Source: an uncultured virus (IMG/VR IMGVR_UViG_3300031646_000001) (lineage: Duplodnaviria; Heunggongvirae; Uroviricota; Caudoviricetes). Taken from it: 20,000 nt of DNA. This document shows, in pieces, positions 7,904-16,105 of this stretch. The position numbers were made by a program, and so were the translations under genes. Where the stretch lies: IMG/VR virus record IMGVR_UViG_3300031646_000001; one strand, 5' to 3'. Every line of letters starts with the position of its first letter. Position 1 is the stretch's first letter. Below the pieces are notes generated by a model. The model was not told the origin of the DNA. It saw only the letters and a program-made list of their open reading frames with translations, and searched no databases.

Positions 7904-9931
7904 ATGGCTACCTATATAGATCCGAAGGGTTATAAACCTAAAGATAGTGGTAAATCATTTGTTGTAGGCTCATCCGAAGCACCACGTGTTCACGGGTTTT
8001 CAGGAACGAAATGGCAAAAGTACGATTCGGCTCCTCGCTTTAAGAATCAATTTTTTGTACATTTTCAGTTTAGACCTCAAGTGACATATTCGGGTGGTTT
8101 TGAAACTTTGAAGGGCGTTTCGTATAAAGTTATAACGTTTGACGCCCCAAAGTTTGAAATCCAAAACGAAACAATGATGCAATATAATAAACGTCGCATT
8201 ATTCCTACACAGATACAATTTAGCCCGTGCAATATTACTTGGCATGATACTAAAGATGCTCAGGTCCAGCAATTTTGGCAATTTATCTATAACTTTTATT
8301 TTAAAGATGGCATGAAGAAAAAGCCTGGCCTATATGAAATGTCAGCATCTACAAAGATAGTTGAAGGCGCTGATGCAGGCGCAATTAAAACGCCGCTTCC
8401 ACATGAACAGTTTGGTTATCATTTAGGTAATAAAGAAGAATATCCGAACTTGTTTAGTGCAATCTCATTATATCTTGTTGCAAATTCAAAATATACTCGT
8501 ATAGATTTAGTAAATCCATATTTACAAGCATTTAATCATGATTCATTAAGTCAAGAAGATCCAAATACTCTTATGACTTTAACAGCAACCTTTCAACCCG
8601 AAACAGTTGTTTATGTTGCTGAAAACAAAACCCTTAATGAGGCCGACGATTATAATGGAACAGTACGAGCATTACTGGGCATGAGCGATAAAAATACGGC
8701 TATTTTTAATCATTATAGTTATGATGATACAATACCAGAAGTAAAAAATGGCCCAAAAAATATTGCTATTGTTCGTGATTCGATTGGCATGGGAACAAAC
8801 CCAACAGATGGAACACTTGAGAAGAAAATTGGTAGGCGGAGTGCAGGAATGGCAACAGATAGTGGAGATTTAGATACTATGTTCTCACCCACTTTAGTCT
8901 CTTCATCAAAGGATTATATGCAATGGTGGCACACAGGCGATGTTGAAGAAATGGAAGTAATACTTCAAAACATTGGTGTTACAATAGCCGTTGACGATTT
9001 TTCATTTTTAACGCAGACAATGACAAATCTGTTTAAAGGTACAAAACCTCCACAACATATTGAAAAACTAGCAAAGTCATTACAAACAGCAGTAGCAACC
9101 GACCCTGCAATTGCATCTAATCCAGCAACATTGGGCGGTAATGCCGGTGCCGTTGATACGACGCCGCCCTTCGCCTTAGAAAAAGCCAATGTTGCGGCCT
9201 TTGATGATTTAAATGCGGCGATGTCATCAGTTACTGATCCTGGCGTTGTGCCAAGTGAAAAAAGCACAGCCGCTTTAAAAACTGCTATTACTAATGTTAA
9301 GACAGCACCACCGGGTACAGTTGGCAAAGCACTTTCAACCGCTCTATCATATGGCCAATCGTCAATAGCCGTTAACGTATCAGGCGCACGGGCATCATTA
9401 ATGGGCGGAACAGTACCGTCTTTTAATGCTCCGGGACTGAGTAATATAGGATTTGGTTCGTTGTTGCCATCAGGGCTGTCTGGTTTAAATCAAACTTTGC
9501 AAACATTAAGTACAATAGCAAGTGTTGTAAATGTTGTTGCTGGCGGAAATTCTTTTGGTAAATTTTCAACTGGTGCAAGTACATTAGCAAATGTAGTACA
9601 AGGATTATCAACTGGTAATTTAAGACAGGCGGCATTATCGGTTGGTACGCAAACACATTTTTCACCAAATATAGGAAAGGCAATCACAGTTATTGATATG
9701 GTAACAGCAAGCCAAGCAACGTCTCAAAGATTGGTAGGTTCTAATTTCAATAATAGCGTAGTTTCAAGTTCACGAGGCGCCGCCAAGCCGTGGGTTAATC
9801 CGGATTCATTAGGTAATAAAACAGTTAATACAACATTGTTAACAACACAAGGAAAAGTTGCTCCCACATCATTTAATAAAACATTCGGCCCAGCCACATC
9901 AACGCAAAATAAAAATATTCATCCTTGGTAA
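7904..9931 (+). CDS. Tail-tube-fold paralog (gp54/gp48-like tube initiator) with a long Ser/Thr/Gly/Ala-rich C-terminal extension
   Basis: The N-terminal ~235 aa align by eye with the adjacent tube protein (PRFKNQFFVHF vs PKLKYKFRVVF; DAPKF..QYN vs DRPKL..SYN; ITWHD vs CAIRD). Confidence 0.6.
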   Translation: MATYIDPKGYKPKDSGKSFVVGSSEAPRVHGFSGTKWQKYDSAPRFKNQFFVHFQFRPQVTYSGGFETLKGVSYKVITFDAPKFEIQNETMMQYNKRRIIPTQIQFSPCNITWHDTKDAQVQQFWQFIYNFYFKDGMKKKPGLYEMSASTKIVEGADAGAIKTPLPHEQFGYHLGNKEEYPNLFSAISLYLVANSKYTRIDLVNPYLQAFNHDSLSQEDPNTLMTLTATFQPETVVYVAENKTLNEADDYNGTVRALLGMSDKNTAIFNHYSYDDTIPEVKNGPKNIAIVRDSIGMGTNPTDGTLEKKIGRRSAGMATDSGDLDTMFSPTLVSSSKDYMQWWHTGDVEEMEVILQNIGVTIAVDDFSFLTQTMTNLFKGTKPPQHIEKLAKSLQTAVATDPAIASNPATLGGNAGAVDTTPPFALEKANVAAFDDLNAAMSSVTDPGVVPSEKSTAALKTAITNVKTAPPGTVGKALSTALSYGQSSIAVNVSGARASLMGGTVPSFNAPGLSNIGFGSLLPSGLSGLNQTLQTLSTIASVVNVVAGGNSFGKFSTGASTLANVVQGLSTGNLRQAALSVGTQTHFSPNIGKAITVIDMVTASQATSQRLVGSNFNNSVVSSSRGAAKPWVNPDSLGNKTVNTTLLTTQGKVAPTSFNKTFGPATSTQNKNIHPW

Positions 9932-9934
9932 ATA
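9929..9934 (+). promoter_or_regulatory. Late promoter core overlapping the upstream stop codon
   Basis: GGTAAATATT, with an ATG at 9940. Confidence 0.6.
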
Positions 9935-9939
9935 TTAAT

Positions 9940-10344
9940 ATGAGTACACAATTAACAGGAGCAACCGGTTTAGTTAAATCTTTTGGTAAGACAAAAAAGT
10001 CTGAGCCAGGCAGTACATTTTTAAGTAATATTAATATGGGCGAAATGCAGATTAATGGAGCCGAGTTTGATATTGTTCGTGGTATACTTGAAGCAGATCA
10101 TAATGTATCAAGCGAAGTCAAGAATGTTTTAGCAGTTCTTATGTTAGAAGCGGCAAAAGGCCTTAATATTAGTGTTACTGAATTGGTCGAATTAGGTAGC
10201 ATAAATCCTAATAAAATTAGTATACCAGAAGTAGGTCTCGAGATGATTAATCGATTGAGACCGATTACGAGCCAAATTGGAATGAAAACTGTTAATGCCA
10301 AAGCATCTGATGTTGTGTACATTGACAGGAATATTATTTCATAA
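9940..10344 (+). CDS. Hypothetical protein, probably structural; start revised to ATG 9940
   Basis: ORF between tail genes and the gp4-like gene. Its stop overlaps the next start (TAATG). Confidence 0.65.
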   Translation: MSTQLTGATGLVKSFGKTKKSEPGSTFLSNINMGEMQINGAEFDIVRGILEADHNVSSEVKNVLAVLMLEAAKGLNISVTELVELGSINPNKISIPEVGLEMINRLRPITSQIGMKTVNAKASDVVYIDRNIIS

Positions 10345-10805
10345 TGGCCAAACAACCCAAGTTTGCAAGAGGGTTATTCACTCCTCAAAATCATAAAAAA
10401 TATGTTGGTTTAAAACAGCCAAGATACAGATCTGGCTGGGAATTAGCATTTATGAGAATGTGTGATGCTCATCCTAATATAGTTAGTTGGGCAAGCGAAC
10501 CATTACGAATTCCATATATTAATCCAATGACAGGACGCAAAACAAATTATATTCCAGATTTTGTAATACAGTATAGAGATCGGCATGGTAAAGCACATAA
10601 TGAAGTAATTGAAATTAAACCATTTGCCCAGACTACAGACGAAAGAGCAGGTAGCCAAACAGAAAAAGCAATGGCTTTAGTTAACAAGGCCAAATGGCAA
10701 GCCGCATACGAATGGTCAAGTCAACGTGGCCTACGATTTCGAGTATTAACTGAAAATGAAATTTTTATGAATCCTCAAAAAAAGAAATCTCGTAAACGTA
10801 GATAA
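10344..10805 (+). CDS. Head completion nuclease (T4 gp4-like, TnsA-like endonuclease fold)
   Basis: G.FTPQN..KYVG, YRSGWE, WASE...IPY, YIPDF, IEIKP, NKAKWQAA and FRVLTE. Confidence 0.9.
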   Translation: MAKQPKFARGLFTPQNHKKYVGLKQPRYRSGWELAFMRMCDAHPNIVSWASEPLRIPYINPMTGRKTNYIPDFVIQYRDRHGKAHNEVIEIKPFAQTTDERAGSQTEKAMALVNKAKWQAAYEWSSQRGLRFRVLTENEIFMNPQKKKSRKRR

Positions 10806-10814
10806 TGTTATATC

Positions 10815-10822
10815 TATAAATA
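10815..10822 (+). promoter_or_regulatory. Late promoter TATAAATA
   Basis: Perfect T4 late consensus in an intergenic position. Confidence 0.75.
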
Positions 10823-10835
10823 ATATGGGTAGTTA

Positions 10836-11372
10836 ATGATGACAAAAAAACTTGAAGAAGAATTTAATTTGCCTCCATTAAAAGAGGCCCTTGCTGATGC
10901 CGAAAATCATAACGGTTTGGAAACGCCTGATGATATATCTGAAGATGAAGAAGTAATTGAAAAAGAAAAACTTCCTATTGATGCTATTGAAATACAAACA
11001 GCATTACGAGCGGCAGATAAAATTGATCAAGCACTGCCAACTGTTAGAGGATTGGAATCACATGATTTAGATATGGATTCATATGCTACACAGGCAGAAC
11101 AAGCATTTAAAGACTTAATGGATTTAGGAATGAACGTAGAAACTCGCCATGCAGGCGATATTTTTGCGGCCGCCCAACGTATGTTAAAGAATTCAATTGA
11201 AGCAAAAGCAAATAAAGCAGATAAAAAATTAAAAATGATTGAAATGCAACTTAAAAAGATGAAATTAGATCAAGAAAAAAACGGAGATTCGGGCGCAATT
11301 CAAGGCAAAGGTTATGTGATTGCTGACAGAAATGATATTCTTAAAAGTTTTCTAGATCAAGAAAATGAATAA
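10836..11372 (+). CDS. Helical phage protein; candidate terminase small subunit (gp16-like)
   Basis: 178 aa with an acidic N-terminus, a central helix-turn-long coiled coil and a short C-terminal strand plus helix (GYVIADRNDILK). It has its own late promoter and lies upstream of the large terminase. The function is inferred. Confidence 0.45.
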   Translation: MMTKKLEEEFNLPPLKEALADAENHNGLETPDDISEDEEVIEKEKLPIDAIEIQTALRAADKIDQALPTVRGLESHDLDMDSYATQAEQAFKDLMDLGMNVETRHAGDIFAAAQRMLKNSIEAKANKADKKLKMIEMQLKKMKLDQEKNGDSGAIQGKGYVIADRNDILKSFLDQENE

Positions 11373-11375
11373 ATA
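11370..11375 (+). promoter_or_regulatory. Late promoter core overlapping the upstream stop codon
   Basis: AATAAATAGT upstream of the AGAGGG RBS of the 11406 gene. Confidence 0.65.
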
Positions 11376-11405
11376 GTAAAAAGAACTCTTAAGAGGGAAA
11401 ACAAA

Positions 11406-11942
11406 ATGAAAAAATTATCAGATTATTTGGCCGAGTCTGTTAAAGAATTTAATTATAAAATTAAGATTCTTGGTGAAGTAGAAGATGGCATGATGGATGC
11501 TATTGAAAATGAATTAAAGAAATACGATCTCAAATCAATGGGCTCACCAACAAGAACAATGTTCCAGAAAAATCCTTTAGATTTTGAGGAAGGTGTATCA
11601 GGCGAAGTTAATATTGCTAGTTTTAAAACAGGTATTGCATTACCAAAAGATGCAGTACGAGATGTTATTGCACATAAGTTAGGAATTCCGGAAAAATATT
11701 TAAAGATCCGATCAGAAAACGATCCACTTGAATATTCTCTTGTTGACAATGCAGTTGATACTGAAATTACAGTAGGCGAAAGCGATCCTGCAGATTCAGC
11801 ATTAATGAATGAATATGAAGCAGATGAACATAAAGCAGAAGATTATCATGGCAATGAATTTAATACAAAATTTGTTGATGAATTAATGAAGTTAGTAAAA
11901 GATAGAGATCAACATGTATCTAAATACATGAAGGAAGAATAA
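11406..11942 (+). CDS. Hypothetical acidic protein; putative internal head protein
   Basis: The N-terminal decapeptide MKKLSDYLAE resembles the T4 capsid-targeting leader MKTYQEFIAE. Confidence 0.6.
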   Translation: MKKLSDYLAESVKEFNYKIKILGEVEDGMMDAIENELKKYDLKSMGSPTRTMFQKNPLDFEEGVSGEVNIASFKTGIALPKDAVRDVIAHKLGIPEKYLKIRSENDPLEYSLVDNAVDTEITVGESDPADSALMNEYEADEHKAEDYHGNEFNTKFVDELMKLVKDRDQHVSKYMKEE

Positions 11943-11958
11943 TTCCGGAGTGGATGAA

Positions 11959-13263
11959 ATGACAAATAATGGAACTAAGTATAATGCAGATTTATATCGT
12001 GCATTGGATATTATAAAGAAGTATAATATGCCTAATCAACCTAAAGCAGTTGATGAAGCACCATATGGATTGATAAATCGTGCAAAAGATGCTGTAAAGG
12101 GTGGCGTCGGTGCAATGGTGGGCAAAGGACAGATGTCTAAAGGTAGAATAGAAGCAGGTCGATTGTCGGATGATTTAAATAAACAATATTTACAATTTTT
12201 AGGACAACGCGGACATAAGAATCAAAAGACTCAAACAGTTCAGGATATTACAGATTTCTTTTCTAAATTTCAAGTTGATCCGGCTTCGTATTTTGCAAAA
12301 GCAGGAGTTGCCGCAGGCGAGCCAACCACAGTACTTACAAAAAAACAATCCGATAATGTTGTATTACAAATTGGTCAAGGAATGGCGTCAAGCGGAAAAG
12401 TCCCACCAGGCATGGGCGCCGCAGAAGATCCAGCCACGGCCGGTAAAGCCGCAACTGATACAGCACCAACATCAGCAGGCGCAAAGGCCGCAGGAGCGGC
12501 AGGAGCCGCAGGCGCAGCCGGCGCTTCATTTGGTAGAAAATCTGATGGTACAGCGGCCGCAACAGGCGGAGCAGGCGCAACAGGAGCCGCAGGCGGAGCA
12601 GGCGCAACAGGCGGAGCAGGCACAACAGGAGCCGCAGCCGAACCAGGCACAACAGGAGCCGCAGGCGAACCAGGAGCCGCAGGAGCGGCAGGAGCCGCAG
12701 GAGCGGCAGGAGCCGCAGGAGCGGCAGGAGCGGCAGGAGCCGCAGGCGAACCAGGAGCCGCAGGAGCCGCAGGAGCCGCAGGCGAACCAGGAGCCGCAGG
12801 CGAACCAGGAGCCGCAGGCGAACCAGGAGCCGCAGGCGAACCAGAAACGCCAGCCACGCCAGCCACGCCAGCACAAAAGTTTAATAATGGTGATGAAGTT
12901 AGTTATATAACTTCAAAAGGCAAACCACAAGATGGCATATTTGTACAATATTTAGATACTAAAGATGCCGAAGGCGACCCACAAGCACAGGTTCGACAAC
13001 CTAATCAAACAGATGCTCAAGCCTATGCAATTGATGCGGACAGTATCGGCCCTAAAGGTTCTCCACCAGTTAATAATGATGCGGCAAAAGCAAGTACACC
13101 AGCACAAAATAAGGTACTTGGCCAAGTTGAAAAATTAAATGACAGTGATCGCGTAAAATTAAAAAATACTATTGGTAGAATTTTAACAAGCCAAGCAATG
13201 AAAGCAAGTCCTGGACGATTAGCCGCCAGCAAGAAGCCAGCCGGGGAGGTATCAGCAGGATGA
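11959..13263 (+). CDS. Hypothetical protein with a collagen-like Gly-X-Y tract; start revised to ATG 11959
   Basis: GGAG at 11947-11950 is well spaced for ATG 11959. The protein contains GAA/GEP/GAT peptide triplets. Confidence 0.75.
   Translation: MTNNGTKYNADLYRALDIIKKYNMPNQPKAVDEAPYGLINRAKDAVKGGVGAMVGKGQMSKGRIEAGRLSDDLNKQYLQFLGQRGHKNQKTQTVQDITDFFSKFQVDPASYFAKAGVAAGEPTTVLTKKQSDNVVLQIGQGMASSGKVPPGMGAAEDPATAGKAATDTAPTSAGAKAAGAAGAAGAAGASFGRKSDGTAAATGGAGATGAAGGAGATGGAGTTGAAAEPGTTGAAGEPGAAGAAGAAGAAGAAGAAGAAGAAGEPGAAGAAGAAGEPGAAGEPGAAGEPGAAGEPETPATPATPAQKFNNGDEVSYITSKGKPQDGIFVQYLDTKDAEGDPQAQVRQPNQTDAQAYAIDADSIGPKGSPPVNNDAAKASTPAQNKVLGQVEKLNDSDRVKLKNTIGRILTSQAMKASPGRLAASKKPAGEVSAG
12565..12870 (+). 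repeat. 9 bp-unit coding tandem repeat (Gly-X-Y), then ETP-ATP-ATP
   Basis: About 31 units of ggagccgca, ggagcggca or ggcgaacca types from 12565 to 12843, followed by gccacgcca twice. Confidence 0.9.
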
Positions 13264-15767
13264 AACTAACAGAATTAAAAAATAAAAAAATGTATCTATA
13301 TGAGAGCGAACTTGGATCTGATTTAGATAATTTTACATCTGAACAAAAAGAAGTAATGCGTCAAGTTGAAGAAACATTGATGCCTTATATTAATGAGTAT
13401 AAACGGTTAATTTTATCAGAAGCGGCAGTTACACCAGACCAAGTAAATGCTATTTTTCAACAAGCAGTTGATGGCCATATAGAAGCAACCGGTAATCCAG
13501 GTTTATTAAAGAAAAGTACACAAGCAATTGGTAAAAGTTTACCAGTTAAAGCGGTAAAAGCGGCCAATAAGGCACTTAACGACTTAGGTAAAAAGATTCA
13601 AGATACTGAACCAGTACAAAATTTTGATGCTTTAGTTGCTAAAAAGATTGGAGAAATGAAAGTTAAACTAGAAGACAGTCCAATGGGGGCGGCTCTAGTT
13701 AAACAAGTACAAGCATATGGTAAGTGGGGTAAAGAGAACCCAGGTAAACAAGCAATTATTGTTGCTGTAATTACATTAGCAGGCGGCATGATCGCTGGCC
13801 CAGCCGGCGGCGCTATTGCTGGTTTTGTAATGAGAGCAGGTAACGATTTGATTGCAGGCGAAAAGTTAAGTACAGCAGTTGGTAGAGCAGGAAAAACAGC
13901 GGCAATTGGTGCTCTTGTTGGTTTTGCGGCCAATTGGCTTGGCGACGGTGTTATTTCTAATATTGAAATGGCAGGTATCGAAGACATTGAAGGAATGGAA
14001 GCGGCCATGAAAGCGATCAATGTTGAGGATGCAATGGCCGGAGTAACTGATCAATATGGTGATCTTGTTGCTGAATTAGATGGTGCTATGTCAATTCAAT
14101 CGACGGGTAGTATTAATGCTTTCCATTATAGTTATGATATTATTATGCCACCTGATGTATATGAACAATTTGAAGCCGCAAAAGCGGCAGTCTCGGCCAC
14201 CGGCGGTAATTGGTCGCCAGAATGGTATACAGAAGTAGCAAAATATCATGAAATGATGGCAGGTTTGCAAAACGACCCTATCCAAGGAACAATGCGAGCG
14301 GCAGTAGATGCAATTAAATCGGCACAAGAAACAGGAATGTCAATTGATCAATTAGAACAAGTTATAGGTCAATATGATAATCTCGACGGTTTATTAACTA
14401 ATTTAGAAGCGGCACAAGGCCCTGTTGCGGCCGCGGCACAAGCGGCGGTTCAACAAGCAGATCAATTAAAGGCAGCCGCAACAAAAGCAGGCGAACCAGA
14501 AGAACCTGAAAAACCAGTTCCAGCCGAAATGATTCCAGCAGGTGCTGGAGAAGAAACTGCTAAAGAAAGTTTTGAAGAAAATGACGATCATTTATATGAA
14601 CTTAATTTTGCTGGAATAAAAACAGCAATGGGTGGTGTGCTGGCCAAGGCCGCCGCTGCCGTAGCCGATGTTGGCGCAATATCAGTAGATGGTTTAGTAA
14701 ACGCATGGAAAAAAGCAGGTTCACCAGAAGATTCAGCAAGTATTAGAAATATAGTAGTTGATGCTGGAATTGGCGCTGATACAGTTGATAATGCATTTTC
14801 ATCAGCAGGAATTGACGTAAGTGCAGAACCAGAAGCAGGTGCAGATGCCGAAGCAGAAGCAGGTGCAGAAGCAGGTGCAGAAGCAGGCGCGGATGCCGAA
14901 GCAGAAGCAGGTGCAGAAGCAGGTGCAGAAGCAGGCGCGGATGCCGAAGCAGGCGCAGATGCCGATGCCGAAGCAGGCGCAGATGCCGATGCCGAAGCCG
15001 GCGCCGAAGCAGGCGCTGAAGAACCAGCAGGCCCAGCAGACGATCAAGTATTGCAAGATTTAGCACAAATGATTATTGATAATGGTATGGTACAAGTACC
15101 ACAAGGCAATGTAACCCATGCAGGCCTTATGGCCCTAATTGGTGAATCAGTTAGTAATGAAGAGTTAAATGATTTAATGGAGAGAATAATGAAAATCGAT
15201 GAAATGTGTGGTGTTTGTGATCCAACAGGTCCTGAGGTAATGCCAGAACCTAAAACAAATTACAATCTAAACATCACCCAAGATGATGGTAATACTCATA
15301 AAACTATGAATGTTACTAGTGATGCTCCTGATGAATTAATGAAAGTATTAAGTTTGGCGGGCGTTTCAACCGGCCATTCAGAACCAGATGGTGATGAAAT
15401 TGTTGGCGTTGACCTTGATGGCGATGAGCCAGCAGGCCCACAAAGTATGGGCGACTTAGTACAGAAGTTAAACAACATTGGAAGCAATAGCGATGAACAT
15501 GACCACGACGGTATGACACATTCACATCCAAATGATGGCGAGCACGACCATGATGATGATGGCGAAGAGTATGAAAGTGTTGAACAAGACCCACGTAGTA
15601 AGCCAAAATATTGGTCCAGATCTGATTTACCGATACATGGCGCAGGCGAGAAAAAGCAACCAAAGCAACGCACAGTAAGTGCAAGACAAGGCGACAATCC
15701 TTATCTTAATGCAGAATCGTTAGAGGAAAAATTCTCAAAAGCATACACAGACTATAAAAGCGAGTAA
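13260..15767 (+). CDS. Large acidic multidomain hypothetical protein; putative internal virion or ejection protein
   Basis: 835 aa with an ATGA overlap, Gly-rich hydrophobic segments, an AEAG repeat, a CxxC and a His/Asp-rich patch. Confidence 0.75.
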   Translation: MKLTELKNKKMYLYESELGSDLDNFTSEQKEVMRQVEETLMPYINEYKRLILSEAAVTPDQVNAIFQQAVDGHIEATGNPGLLKKSTQAIGKSLPVKAVKAANKALNDLGKKIQDTEPVQNFDALVAKKIGEMKVKLEDSPMGAALVKQVQAYGKWGKENPGKQAIIVAVITLAGGMIAGPAGGAIAGFVMRAGNDLIAGEKLSTAVGRAGKTAAIGALVGFAANWLGDGVISNIEMAGIEDIEGMEAAMKAINVEDAMAGVTDQYGDLVAELDGAMSIQSTGSINAFHYSYDIIMPPDVYEQFEAAKAAVSATGGNWSPEWYTEVAKYHEMMAGLQNDPIQGTMRAAVDAIKSAQETGMSIDQLEQVIGQYDNLDGLLTNLEAAQGPVAAAAQAAVQQADQLKAAATKAGEPEEPEKPVPAEMIPAGAGEETAKESFEENDDHLYELNFAGIKTAMGGVLAKAAAAVADVGAISVDGLVNAWKKAGSPEDSASIRNIVVDAGIGADTVDNAFSSAGIDVSAEPEAGADAEAEAGAEAGAEAGADAEAEAGAEAGAEAGADAEAGADADAEAGADADAEAGAEAGAEEPAGPADDQVLQDLAQMIIDNGMVQVPQGNVTHAGLMALIGESVSNEELNDLMERIMKIDEMCGVCDPTGPEVMPEPKTNYNLNITQDDGNTHKTMNVTSDAPDELMKVLSLAGVSTGHSEPDGDEIVGVDLDGDEPAGPQSMGDLVQKLNNIGSNSDEHDHDGMTHSHPNDGEHDHDDDGEEYESVEQDPRSKPKYWSRSDLPIHGAGEKKQPKQRTVSARQGDNPYLNAESLEEKFSKAYTDYKSE
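14832..15020 (+). repeat. Coding tandem repeat (EAGA/DAEA)
   Basis: A 48 bp unit occurs twice exactly (14844-14891 and 14892-14939), followed by 24 bp units gatgccgaagcaggcgcagatgcc. All are built on a 12 bp gaagcaggYgca core. Confidence 0.9.
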
Positions 15768-15772
15768 CTACT

Positions 15773-16105
15773 GTGAAGTTTTTTGAGATTGTAAATGAGG
15801 ATTGGGAATCTGATGCCGCAGAACGCGAAAAGCGTGAGCGCGGCCATGATGCCTTTGATGCTTCACATGATCAAGCATTGTGGCGCCGCCGCCCAGCCGA
15901 TCGTTCCCCAGAAGTAGGTGATCACCGAGTGTGGGGCGGCATGAGTGGCAGTCTTATTAAACAAGCAAAGCGGTTAGAACATATTGTAGACGAACTTGAA
16001 GGGTTTAATGTTGAAGAAGCAGATCCAATAGTATTAAAACGTTTTCGAGATGCTCTCATGGATCTTAATGAAATTGAAATGGGCGCCGACGATGAAAGCG
16101 AGTGA
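15773..16105 (+). CDS. Hypothetical acidic protein
   Basis: GTG start 5 bp after the upstream stop. Leader MKFFEIVNE. Confidence 0.65.
   Translation: MKFFEIVNEDWESDAAEREKRERGHDAFDASHDQALWRRRPADRSPEVGDHRVWGGMSGSLIKQAKRLEHIVDELEGFNVEEADPIVLKRFRDALMDLNEIEMGADDESE

Noticed and set aside
10344..10805. TnsA-like protein as evidence of a Tn7 element
   Set aside because: There are no tnsB/C genes or transposon ends. The motifs and context fit the T4 gp4 head completion protein.
10825..10836. Mini-ORF ATG GGT AGT TAA overlapping the 10836 start
   Set aside because: Its ATG lies upstream of the predicted late start site (~10828), so it would not be on that transcript. It is probably chance.
12275..12910. 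Alternative-frame ORFs over the collagen-like repeat (QEP-, LLR-, PAA- and CGS-rich)
   Set aside because: They are by-products of a 9 bp stop-free repeat and have no RBS or promoter. Only the 11959 frame extends through unique sequence on both sides.
12565..15020. Repeats as a CRISPR array or a diversity-generating retroelement template/variable pair
   Set aside because: The units are contiguous with no unique spacers and keep the reading frame. No cas or reverse transcriptase gene and no adenine-specific mismatch pair was seen.
14743..15066. Alternative-frame ORFs over the EAGA repeat
   Set aside because: Same repeat artefact, nested within the 835 aa gene.
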